Below, one piece after another: positions 18,248-27,455 of a stretch of DNA of 64,000 nt. The position numbers and the translations under genes were made by a program. Numbering within the stretch: the stretch's first letter is position 1; each line of letters opens with the position of its first letter. The DNA comes from an uncultured Acidobacteriaceae bacterium (GTDB lineage: Bacteria > Acidobacteriota > Terriglobia > Terriglobales > Acidobacteriaceae), in contig CAVVBS010000014.1 of assembly GCA_963746595.1 (NCBI GenBank), positions 356,645 through 420,644 on the forward strand, written 5' to 3'. Under the pieces are notes generated by a model. The model was not told where the DNA came from, searched no databases, and was given only the letters and a program-made list of their open reading frames with translations.

Positions 18248-18593
18248 ATGAAAATTGCGTCCGTCTGCCTGCTGTTTGTAGCGTTCAACCTGCGTTCATT
18301 CGCTGATGAAGAGACCGGTCTAGAACTCAGAGATGCCTGCAGCCACACATTTGGACACTACAGATCCCACCAAGCTCCAGGTGATGAAGATGGTTCGTTG
18401 CATTGCCTACGTGGATGGAGTTACGGATGGCTGGGTTCAGGCCGGAGGTCGCCTATGTGCTCCGCAGAGTGCAACTCTCGAAGAATTTGGCGCGGTGGTA
18501 AGCAAGTACCTAGAAGACCATCCTGAAGAACTTCACTTAGCCGCAGCTAAGCTGGTGATGCAGGCCGTAAATCACGCTTGGCCATGCAAGTGA
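18248..18593 (+). pseudogene. Rap1a/Tai4-like small periplasmic (immunity-protein-like) protein, frameshifted
   Basis: The signal peptide MKIASVCLLFVAFNLRSFA is in one frame. The mature part CIAYVDGVTDGW...LCAPQSATLEEFGAVVSKYLEDHPEELHLAAAKLVMQAVNHAWPCK is in another (break about 18335-18360). Confidence 0.45.
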
Positions 18594-18837
18594 AGACAGT
18601 CGGTCAAATCCGAGAACCTATTGGGGGCAAATTCAGTTATTGAGGAGAGAAGATGAGCAAACTTAGTCCAAGCGTACAATCGCTGCGATCACCGGAGAGT
18701 GAGGACTTGAGACCGCATACGTCTTTGATGCTCGCGTGCAGTCCCCGCGCCGTTATCAAAAGATTGCTTGCGCGTTCGTGGGGCAAGGTGATAAACACTT
18801 AGGCCGCCCTGAAAGCTGCCTAGGAGTCGGTGTTCAA

Positions 18838-19916
18838 ATGAACAAGGATTCTAAGCTGACGCTTGTTGCGTTAGCCGTGTTTCTCTCTGCCTTGATGTCC
18901 GTCGTTGCCAACGCTCAAATTACTCCCAACTTCGTCCGACCACGCAATCCCGACGAAACCCCTGCTTCCAAGGTAGTATTCGTCGGAGACTGGCTGACTA
19001 CGGGCTGGAGTGCCACGTTCCCAGCGAACTGGATCAACATATCAAGCACTTTAACCCCTGAACCCTACGGAACACTCGCACAACAGATGACAACGGCACT
19101 GGCACTGAAGCCGTCCACGATTCACATCATGATCGGGTCAGCCTACTGGGACGATGATGCGAGTTACAACCTTGTAACCGCCGAACTTGAGACGGACCTG
19201 ACGACGGCTATTACGCAGGCGCAGGCCGCTGGCGTCACCGTATTCGTTGGTATCGAGCCGGTGCAGTTAACCAGTTACGAGTCACTTCCACAAATGGACT
19301 TCGAGGTGTACGCCATAGCCACCAAGTACGGCGTCCCTATTATCAACTACAACGGTGCTTTCAGTAGTGCTACGACACCATCTCCAGGTATGTCCCTTGA
19401 TTATGTTCAAGGTGGTACTGCGCAAGGATTTAATGGAATCTCGACGCCTCGGGACCGGCATTTTTCCAACCATCTGCCGGTCTTAATGGCTATTCTCTGA
19501 ATGCCCCCACACCTGCCGGATACGCAATCATGACCATGATGGCTCAAACAGCCTTTACCGCCCTAAACGCACAACCCAAGTCCGTTTACCTGCAGGACAC
19601 CGAGCAGCCGAGCGAAGACACCCCAAGCAGCGGAGGTGTTGGCATCCCCAACGTCAACACAGTGAGCCCAGGAAACACCGTGCAGTTCTACCCGGTGATA
19701 AGCTACACCAACGGTGGATCGGGAGTCGGATTCAACAGTAATTTCCTCACAGGATCGAACGGAACCTGGACCTCAAGCAACCCGCTGGTAGGGTTCGTTA
19801 ACCAGTCTGGTCAGTTCTGGGCGTTCAACGAGGGCACAACCACCGTCAAGTTCACCCTACCGAACGGCGTGTGGAACGAGTGGATCATGTACGTTGGGGC
19901 CACCATCGAAGGGTGA
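18838..19916 (+). pseudogene. secreted SGNH/GDSL-like hydrolase fused to a Big_2-like Ig domain, frameshifted
   Basis: Signal peptide plus VVFVGDWLTTGW block. The frame breaks about 19445-19470 and continues as ...NAPTPAGYAIMTMMAQTAF... into the Ig-like C-terminus (ORFs 18736-19500 and 19530-19916). Confidence 0.55.
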
Positions 19917-20189
19917 GGACCGAGATAATCCTCGCAGACTGTCACCGCAAATCCCTGCGACGTCCTCGGCCAACTTGTCGAGGTATGACTCGGTGATGTC
20001 CAGTTCTTTCGCGAGACCCTTGACGAGCGCTTTGGTCGGCGTTGTCTTCCCGTTGCACTGCCGCATGAGGTCGTGAACGTCCATCTTTAGCGTCTCAGCG
20101 AGATCGATGAACGTCCGCGTCTTTTTGGTGCAGGCTTCACCGATGCAGACGCTGAACGCGAAGGGTGGTTTGTATTTGGCGTCAGGCAT
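19857..20189 (-). CDS. small HTH-like hypothetical protein
   Basis: 110-aa ORF, 8 nt downstream of the 20197-21042 gene on the same strand. FIDLAETLKMDVHDLMRQCNGKTTPTKALVKGLAKELDITESYLDKL resembles an XRE-like HTH. Its 3' end overlaps a convergent gene. Confidence 0.4.
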   Translation of the reverse strand: MPDAKYKPPFAFSVCIGEACTKKTRTFIDLAETLKMDVHDLMRQCNGKTTPTKALVKGLAKELDITESYLDKLAEDVAGICGDSLRGLSRSSPFDGGPNVHDPLVPHAVR

Positions 20190-20196
20190 AGGGTCG

Positions 20197-21042
20197 TCAG
20201 TCTACGTTTATGTCTTCGAGGTCGAAAGCTGAACAAAAGTGTCGGATTCCTTGTGGTGGTATGACTATCGGAGGAACACCCGGATAAAACAGAACGCCAG
20301 TGACACTGAGCGTGTGCGGATTCATGAACCGGACATTTAGCACGGCATTTCCATACGAATCGGTGATACGCAATGTGCTGAAATCTGGGCGCTCTTTAGT
20401 GAATATCTCGTTCGGGTTGATTTCGAAATGATTGTTTCTCAACTTCGCAACCAGCCGCATGTCTGGGCTGTGAATGTCTGCATTGACTTCAATTCCGCCG
20501 TCTTTGTCGAGTGTGAACCAAAGCAACGATACTGTGCGATGAACCGCGATGACGGTATGCGGAAACTTTCTGAAGATTGCGGCATCAGAGCCGAAAAGGA
20601 TCGTGTAATCATTCTGTTTTAAGACCGGAGAGTCGGAACAGGCATTGGTAGGTGTCGGGTCGGAAGCTGGAACAAGAGAGCCGTTGTTTTCAGTGAGTTC
20701 TTTTTTCGTCTGACCGACGCGTACATAGAGGCATAGGACCACTGTTGTCAACACGATCAAGGTGGGAATGATAAGCAAGACTGGAGATTGCTTTTTGGAC
20801 GCTGGTCCCCTCGGCATGAATCCCACGTAATCTGAACGCTTGAGTTGTCGGCGTTTCTCTCGCAGAAAGTCCGAACTGAACCAGCAACCTAAACTCCAGA
20901 GACCGCTGACGATGGCGCACGCATAGGCCGAAACAAACCAATCGACCGTGAGAAATGCTATACCCGCGGTCAAAAAGAAAGGTACAGGTATCGCCCACAG
21001 CGCACCCTTGTCATCGAAGAACTCTCGCAGCAGCCGAAACAT
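20197..21042 (-). CDS. hypothetical membrane protein
   Basis: 281-aa ORF with three predicted N-terminal TM helices and a soluble C-terminal domain. No family recognised. Confidence 0.55.
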   Translation of the reverse strand: MFRLLREFFDDKGALWAIPVPFFLTAGIAFLTVDWFVSAYACAIVSGLWSLGCWFSSDFLREKRRQLKRSDYVGFMPRGPASKKQSPVLLIIPTLIVLTTVVLCLYVRVGQTKKELTENNGSLVPASDPTPTNACSDSPVLKQNDYTILFGSDAAIFRKFPHTVIAVHRTVSLLWFTLDKDGGIEVNADIHSPDMRLVAKLRNNHFEINPNEIFTKERPDFSTLRITDSYGNAVLNVRFMNPHTLSVTGVLFYPGVPPIVIPPQGIRHFCSAFDLEDINVD

Positions 21043-21334
21043 GGTGAGCCATTGTCAGGCCCATCGGTGAAATTTTTCAAAAAATTTTTCGGACTCGGAA
21101 ATCAGGGGAAACGAAAAGAGACATCGATTGACACGCAAGCTCGTCACGCCAACAGGTCTGAACCACCGAAGTCCCCCTACCCTTTCGATTTGACCGGGGA
21201 TGGTTGGACTGGAATTCCCTGGCCCAGAAAGATAACTACTTCATCAACAGACAGCACCCCGCAAAATCTAGGCGATTTTGCAGAAGTCAAGGGAGCCGAA
21301 TCCCCCGAGCGGCAACTTCAGTCTTTTGAGACTG

Positions 21335-23389
21335 CTATTCGTGGCGAAGGGCGTCCATCGGCTGCACGCTTGCGGCACGCCGTGCAGGAATCCAGGTTGC
21401 CGCTAACGCAACCGCCAAGAGCAACCCGACTGCCGCTGAGAGGGTGACGGGGTCGTAGGGGCGAATGCCATACAGCATCGACTGGATCAGCCGTGTGAGT
21501 GCGAGCCCAGCCGCCATCCCCACTGCGATCCCTGCGACAACCAGCCATGTGCTCTCGCGCAGAATCATCCCGCGCACCTGTCCCGGCTGCGCTCCCAGCG
21601 CCAGCCGGATTCCGATCTCATTTCTGCGACTCGCCACCGAGTACGCCATGATGCCATAGATGCCTACCGCAGCTAGTGTGAGCGCCAGTACGCCAAATCC
21701 TGAGGTCAGCACGACAAACAGCCGTTCCTGCTGCAAGTCCGCATCAATCTGCTGGCCCTCTGTGTGCACATCAATCAGTGGAAGAGCCGGATCGATCGCC
21801 TGCGCCGCGCGACGTAGCGCGGAAACAATTTCACGGGGATCATTCACGCGAGTGCGGATCGCGTACGTCATTGCGCCTACACGAATCTGCTGTGCGTACG
21901 GCAGAAAGAACTGCGGCGGAGGTGCATCTCGCAGAGTGGCATAGCTTGTGTCGCCGCAGATGCCCACGATCTGAATCCAGTTGTTCGTGTTCACGCTGTC
22001 ATGCCCGCGAGTGTCGTGCATGCTGGTTCGGAAGAGCTTGCCGATTGGGTTCTGGTTGGGGAATCGCTTGCGCGCTAGGCTCTGATTGATGATCCCTACT
22101 TTCGCCGATTCGCGTGTATCCTCCGGTCCAAACGCCCGTCCGGCAACAATCGGTATGCTCATGGTTCCGAAGAACCGGTCACCCACGAGGTTAAAGTCTT
22201 CCGACTGGCTCTTGCTCCGATCGTACGCTTCTCCCTGAAGCAGAAAATCTGTTGTCGACGTGCCATCCTCAAGGTAAGGCACGGTACCCGCGGCTACGGA
22301 TTCAATTCCCGGAATCGCATCAAATGCTTGTTCGAGATGCTGGTGAAGGGCAATGTCCTTGCCCGCCGGATACCGGGCAGCCGGCGGGTCGACGACTACC
22401 AGCAACAGATGGTCGGTGCGGAATCCCACGTTTACGGCGCTCAATCCAGCAAGCGTCCGGAGAAACAGGCCTGCACCAATAATCAGCAGCATCGAAAGTG
22501 CAATCTGAAATCCCACTAGCGCTTTGCTGCCCATGCCCTTGCGCCGACGCGTGGTGGTTTGCGCCGTCTCCTTCAACCCATGCACCGGTTCGGCGTTTGC
22601 GGCAGCAAGCGCTGGAGCTAATCCAAACAGGACCCCGGTCAGGATAGTGACTCCTGCGGTAAAGGCAAAGACGATCCAGTTGAAATGAATCTGCAGGTCG
22701 TCGCTACGCTCCCAGGCATTTTTCAGAAGTTTGGGAATCGTATTGCCGCCAAAGTATCCGGTCAGCAACCCGCCTGCGCCGCCCAGTACAGCCAGCATCA
22801 GGCTCTCCACCAATATCTGCCGCGCAATGCGCGCGCGTCCTGCACCCAGCGCCATTCGCACGCTCATCTCCCGCTGCCGCTGTGCCGCCCGTGCCAGCAT
22901 GAGATTGGCGATGTTCGCGCACGCCAGCAGCAGCACGAGCCCAACCAGCGTCATCAGCACAGTTATCGGCTTGGCGTACACCTGCTCCTGCTGGAACAAA
23001 CCCCTGCTGCCATCGCTCAACTCAAGGCGCGGAACATCCTCGCCAGGGCGCGGCTGCATGGTTGCGCGAACAGCCGCCGCCAACTGCGTATTCAGGGCAG
23101 CCTGCGCTTGCGCTTCGCTCACCCCTGGCTTGAAACGGCCCATTACGTTCACCCACCACTCCCGAGTGTTCGCTAGCTCAGAGAGTGCATCGGGGCCGTT
23201 CCACGAAGCCGGTGAGACCAGCGGCTGCATCGATAACGGCACAAAGATGTCAGGCGAGGACAGCGTGCTTTGCGCACCAGTAAATTTCCTCGGGTTCACG
23301 CCAACAATGGTCAACGGAAAATTGTTGGGAGTTGCGGGACGGACGAAATAATCACCAAACAAAATGTCGCGCACCCGCAAGGGCTGCAC
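21335..23389 (-). CDS. ADOP-family MacB-like permease, N-terminally truncated (TM1 and the start of the periplasmic domain are missing)
   Basis: Both FtsX modules are present (e.g. LLLACANIANLMLARAAQRQREMSVRMALGA). Only about 150 aa precede the first FtsX module. The ORF opens at a GTG, no PadR gene lies upstream, and the upstream 23390-23553 is degenerate. Confidence 0.7.
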   Translation of the reverse strand: MQPLRVRDILFGDYFVRPATPNNFPLTIVGVNPRKFTGAQSTLSSPDIFVPLSMQPLVSPASWNGPDALSELANTREWWVNVMGRFKPGVSEAQAQAALNTQLAAAVRATMQPRPGEDVPRLELSDGSRGLFQQEQVYAKPITVLMTLVGLVLLLACANIANLMLARAAQRQREMSVRMALGAGRARIARQILVESLMLAVLGGAGGLLTGYFGGNTIPKLLKNAWERSDDLQIHFNWIVFAFTAGVTILTGVLFGLAPALAAANAEPVHGLKETAQTTTRRRKGMGSKALVGFQIALSMLLIIGAGLFLRTLAGLSAVNVGFRTDHLLLVVVDPPAARYPAGKDIALHQHLEQAFDAIPGIESVAAGTVPYLEDGTSTTDFLLQGEAYDRSKSQSEDFNLVGDRFFGTMSIPIVAGRAFGPEDTRESAKVGIINQSLARKRFPNQNPIGKLFRTSMHDTRGHDSVNTNNWIQIVGICGDTSYATLRDAPPPQFFLPYAQQIRVGAMTYAIRTRVNDPREIVSALRRAAQAIDPALPLIDVHTEGQQIDADLQQERLFVVLTSGFGVLALTLAAVGIYGIMAYSVASRRNEIGIRLALGAQPGQVRGMILRESTWLVVAGIAVGMAAGLALTRLIQSMLYGIRPYDPVTLSAAVGLLLAVALAATWIPARRAASVQPMDALRHE

Positions 23390-24140
23390 AGGCGGGCAAG
23401 GGAGATCGGCTGGAGTGCCAGGTAACCGGTAAAACGACGATAGCCGGCCCTGCCGTGACCGAAACTTCCTCGAACTTTCCCCACAGCACGAGCAAAGTTT
23501 CCGATCCTCAAGTTCGCCGAGAAAAAATAACCGAAAGCCAGCCTAACTCGCATCTATATAGGCAGCAAATCAAATACCGCCAAGGGTAGAGCCTAACGGA
23601 CGTCGTTGCGAGGATAGCGCAGTTCGACGATCGTGCCGTGACGGCATCCCTTGAATCATGGGGATTGCTATGCGAGAAGAACTCGCTCGAATCCCCAGCA
23701 ACGGGTCACCGCGATGGAAACACGCCGAAGATCGCTCCACCCCCCTGCAGATGCTCGCCGGCAGCGGCAAATGCTGCTCTCCTAAACAGCTTATGGGGGC
23801 GGGAAAAATAAAATTTGAGCCCCTTCGTGAAACAAAGGACTTAGCCGCTATCTCGAGAGAAACCAAGCCGGGAAGATCGCATTCCTGAAACCAAGCTGCA
23901 ACCCAGGGCCGTCGCCCCTGGCACGCCCCTAGGGGCGGATCAATCGATCTTTCTCATCCCAAAATGCTTTGATTCGGTGACAGCATCCCGCGCGCGCAGA
24001 TGATTTACGTCATAGACAGCGGAAGCGTAGCCGAATTGGGCGACTGGGAGAGCCTAAGCAGAAGGCCCTCCCAGCGCGCAGGTTCGCTCTTCCGGCTGCA
24101 GGATGCGCTCGCCTGAGCAAGACCGCTATTGAGGACCGGT

Positions 24141-25505
24141 CTATTTAGGATCAGACCAGCCGCCAACCGGCGCAGTCAGCTTGTCGGCCTCCGCTGGCCC
24201 CCAACTGCCGGGCTTATACGGGATCACCTTGGAGTCGTCCAGGATCGGGTCCACGATACGCCAGGCCTCCTCGACGTAATCCTCGCGCGCAAACCAGGTC
24301 TGGTTCCCAGCCATGGCGTCGCCCAACAGCTCCTCATATGGCAACATGACGTCTTCCCCGCATTCCTGGTCGGCGATCAGCTCGATCGGGCAACCGCGCA
24401 ATTGGTCGCCCGCGGTTTTGATCGAGGCTCCAATCGCGATGACCGGATCGCCGCTAATGCGGAAGCGCACGTAATTGGGCGGCGGAGGTTCTGAAGAAAA
24501 GATCGCACATGGTGGGCGCAATTTCGCCACCACCTCGGTCTCCGACTTGGGCAGACACTTGCCCGCCCGGACGAAGAAGGGCACGCCTCTCCAGCGCCAG
24601 GAGTTAATGGCCAGCTGCAGTGCCACGTAGGTCTCGGTCTTCGAGCCTTTCTTGACTCCCGGCGTATCGAGGTAACCATCGTATTGACCGCGAACCACAG
24701 TGTCGTCCGTCAACGGCTGGACGCTCTTCAGCACCTTCACCCGCTCGTCGCGCAAACTCTCGATGCTCAGGGTCGGCGGAGGCTCCATGGCAATGTTCGA
24801 GAGTATCTGCAGCAAATGGTTTTGCACCACATCGCGCACGGTTCCCACGGCGTCGTAAAAGCTTCCTCTATCCAGAACATCGAACTGTTCAGCCATCGTG
24901 ATCTGGACGCTTTCCACGTAGAGGTTGTTCCAGATCGGCTCCAGAAAGGAGTTGGCGAAGCGAAAGAAGATCACGTTCTGGACGGTGTTTTTGCCCAGGT
25001 AGTGATCGATACGGAAGACATCTTCTTCGGCAAATACTTCATGAACCGTTTTGTTCAGCGCTACGGCCGAGGCCAAGTCGTTCCCAAAAGGCTTCTCAAT
25101 GACCACCCGTGCGCCCTCAGACGATCCCGACGCCTTTAACTGGGTGAGAACCTGGCCGAAGAGGAAAGGTGGAATGGCCAGATAGTGGATGGGATGTGTG
25201 GCGCTCCCTAGTTCTTTGCGGACATTGGCAAAGGTCTGCGCATCCTTATAGTCCCCGTCGACGTAACGGAGCTTGTCCAGCAGGATGGGAAAACCGACTG
25301 GATCGGCTCCCCCGTGTTTTTCGACGCTGTCCTTGGCTCGCGCCTTGAATTGTTCAAGGTTCCAGCCCGCCTTGGCGACGCCAATAACAGGGCCGGTCAG
25401 CTTGCCTCGTTTTGCCAGTTTTTGGAGGGAGGGGAAGATTTGTTTGTAAGCAAGATCGCCGGTAGCGCCAAAAAAAACAACAGCGTCGGAATATGGTTGC
25501 TCCAT
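24141..25505 (-). CDS. zwf: glucose-6-phosphate 1-dehydrogenase
   Basis: [22 protein letters not shown]-binding motif and RIDHYLGK active-site motif. The ATG at 25505 is preferred. Confidence 0.9.
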   Translation of the reverse strand: MEQPYSDAVVFFGATGDLAYKQIFPSLQKLAKRGKLTGPVIGVAKAGWNLEQFKARAKDSVEKHGGADPVGFPILLDKLRYVDGDYKDAQTFANVRKELGSATHPIHYLAIPPFLFGQVLTQLKASGSSEGARVVIEKPFGNDLASAVALNKTVHEVFAEEDVFRIDHYLGKNTVQNVIFFRFANSFLEPIWNNLYVESVQITMAEQFDVLDRGSFYDAVGTVRDVVQNHLLQILSNIAMEPPPTLSIESLRDERVKVLKSVQPLTDDTVVRGQYDGYLDTPGVKKGSKTETYVALQLAINSWRWRGVPFFVRAGKCLPKSETEVVAKLRPPCAIFSSEPPPPNYVRFRISGDPVIAIGASIKTAGDQLRGCPIELIADQECGEDVMLPYEELLGDAMAGNQTWFAREDYVEEAWRIVDPILDDSKVIPYKPGSWGPAEADKLTAPVGGWSDPK

Positions 25506-25693
25506 GTGACTAATGTACCGCCTTCTCTGGATCGAACACACCCCTCAAAAGGAGGCGTGGCGCACTCGTTGTGTTTGAGTAGGGGTGGCGCCGAAAGGAG
25601 TCGGGATCAGGCTGTTGGATGCGTAAAAAAAATGGTTACGAAGTTGTTACCACTGGGTAAATCCATGCACAGGGAAACCCTGTATCGTTTGCC

Positions 25694-25775
25694 CAAACGG
25701 TGATTTTCCGCAAATGGTTGATCTGGTTCCTCGGGGGAGGGCCCCAGGCGGCAATTCTAAGAAAATCACCGTTTG
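25694..25775. promoter_or_regulatory. perfect 15-bp inverted repeat pair upstream of zwf
   Basis: CAAACGGTGATTTTC (25694-25708) and GAAAATCACCGTTTG (25761-25775), separated by 52 nt, lie 190-270 nt upstream of the zwf start. Confidence 0.3.
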
Positions 25776-25863
25776 CACTATTCAACCGGTTGACCGTATC
25801 GACGTGACTCTCCTGTAGGCGGCATCCACCGGAGACTACCGCCGCGTCCTTAGCGTCAGATCG

Positions 25864-26012
25864 TCAAATGACTTTCAACAGCAGCAGAATGATCACGATG
25901 AGAATGATCAGGCTGATGCCGCCGCCACCGTAATAGCCAAGCCCTGGTCCCAGACGATATCCACCGAACCCGAAGACCAACAGCAAAATAACCGAATCAA
26001 AATGATCGACAT
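25864..26012 (-). CDS. DUF3309-like small membrane protein (start uncertain, possible frameshift)
   Basis: The C-terminal LLLVFGFGGYRLGPGLGYYGGGGISLIILIVIILLLLKVI resembles DUF3309. The ATG (26012, MSIILI) is in another frame. An in-frame TTG lies at 25986. Confidence 0.4.
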
Positions 26013-26254
26013 ACTTTCTCCTTCGCGGCGAGGGATCCGCGTTCCACCTCGTAATAACCGCGTTGCGTTGAAAGGCGTACTGCACGCCGGATTCCTAAGC
26101 GCCGTTTGCAATACAGCCCGATTTTGTACCACCAAAACACTTATGAAGATTCAATCTTCGCCTTTTTGGATGTATGGGCGCGCCTCAGCTTGTGCCCTAA
26201 ATGAGCCCCCAGCCTGCGCACTCAATAGGAGGCGATACTAAAATACGTGCTGAC

Positions 26255-27313
26255 ATGCACCGGGCTGCAGACGCAGTCGGCGATCACGGAAGGCGGACGA
26301 CTGCGTTGAAAGCACTCCTCAGTGCAGGACTTCTTTTGGCTTTATGCCCTCTATTTGCTGCGGCGGAGACCACCTCCTCCGGGTGCTCCTCCCTACAGCA
26401 GGCAAACTACCCAAAAGCATCCATCTCGAACGGACAGGTCAGTGCCGTTCTCTACCTGCCGGATGCCAAGAATGGCTACTACCGCGCGTCAAGGTTTGAC
26501 TGGTCGGGAGTTATGCCATGCTTGGCCTATAAAGGGCACACATACTTTGGCATCTGGTTTCCGCATTACGATCCATTACTGGCTGACGCCATTGCCGGTC
26601 CCGTGGAAGAATTCAGGTCGAGCGACGGCGCTCTGGACTACGGCCAAGCGAAGCCTGGTGAGTTGTTCGTAAAACTGGGCGTCGGCGTATTGCGGAAGAA
26701 GGACGACTCCCCCTACCAATACATGCACACCTATCCGCTGGTGGACGGGGGCAAGTGGACGGTTCATGCCAAGCGCAGCGAGGTGTCTTTCCGGCAACAA
26801 CTCCAATCGCCCATTGGCATCGCCTATGACTACGAGAAGACGGTAAAGCTCGACCCACATGACCCCGTACTCATCCTTGAGCACCGACTGAAGAACACCG
26901 GGACGAAGACCATCGACACCGAGGTCTACGACCACGACTTCTTTATGTTGGATGGCGCTCCTAGCGGACCGGATATGGTGGTCCGGTTTCCCTTTGCGCC
27001 CAAGGCGGAGAAATCGATGGAGCCGCTGGCCGGGATCGACGGGAAGGACATCGTCTATCGCCAGGAGCTGCAAGGGGAGCAGTACGTGGAAAGCTTTCTC
27101 ACCGGCTATTCCAGCAGCCCCTCGGACTATGACATTACCGTCGAGAATCAAAAGACGGGCGTTGGAGTCGAGCAAACTGGGGATGTCGCTATTTCCCGTT
27201 TCAACTTCTGGTCCATCCGCACCACTCTTTGTCCCGAGGCCTATATTCACTTGGTGATCGCGCCGGGCCAAACAGCGCATTGGAACATCCGCTATCGTTT
27301 TTATGCCAAATAA
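26255..27313 (+). CDS. secreted hypothetical protein
   Basis: 352 aa from the ATG at 26255. Signal peptide ALLSAGLLLALCPLFAAA. No family recognised with confidence. Confidence 0.65.
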   Translation: MHRAADAVGDHGRRTTALKALLSAGLLLALCPLFAAAETTSSGCSSLQQANYPKASISNGQVSAVLYLPDAKNGYYRASRFDWSGVMPCLAYKGHTYFGIWFPHYDPLLADAIAGPVEEFRSSDGALDYGQAKPGELFVKLGVGVLRKKDDSPYQYMHTYPLVDGGKWTVHAKRSEVSFRQQLQSPIGIAYDYEKTVKLDPHDPVLILEHRLKNTGTKTIDTEVYDHDFFMLDGAPSGPDMVVRFPFAPKAEKSMEPLAGIDGKDIVYRQELQGEQYVESFLTGYSSSPSDYDITVENQKTGVGVEQTGDVAISRFNFWSIRTTLCPEAYIHLVIAPGQTAHWNIRYRFYAK

Positions 27314-27431
27314 CGCATTTTTGCTAATACTGTGGTCCGGTGGGATCAGTTATGTGCGGCCATTCTTTAGCGAAATGGCCGCGTTGAGTTCAGTTTCCTG
27401 GTCTACACCATTAGCAAAAATGCTCTAGCTG
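27311..27431. repeat. 121-nt MITE-like palindromic element, copy B (inverted relative to copy A)
   Basis: Its reverse complement aligns with 12050-12170 along the full length. It sits between a stop codon (27311-27313) and the SDR start (27456). Confidence 0.75.
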
Positions 27432-27455
27432 CGGATATATCGAGTACATGAGCCT

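Larger units (their letters stand above)
14072..21121. mobile_element. degraded integrative island (lower GC), bounded by an imperfect 16-17 nt direct repeat
   Basis: GC is visibly lower than in the flanks. Contents: tyrosine integrase debris, a TA-like pair, an IR-bounded cassette and many disrupted orphan genes. GGGGAAACCGAAGAGA (14072-14087) and GGGGAAACGAAAAGAGA (21105-21121) lie at the two compositional boundaries. Confidence 0.45.

Noticed and set aside
14072-21121. Prophage
   Set aside because: There are no capsid, tail, terminase, portal or lysis genes. Only integrase debris and accessory genes are present.
21270-21310. tRNA-like T-arm fragment (GGGAGCCGAATCCCCC) near the island's right boundary, as a possible att remnant
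   Set aside because: The stem is only 4 bp, the loop is not the TTCGAAT type, and no matching sequence occurs at the left boundary or in tRNA-Val.
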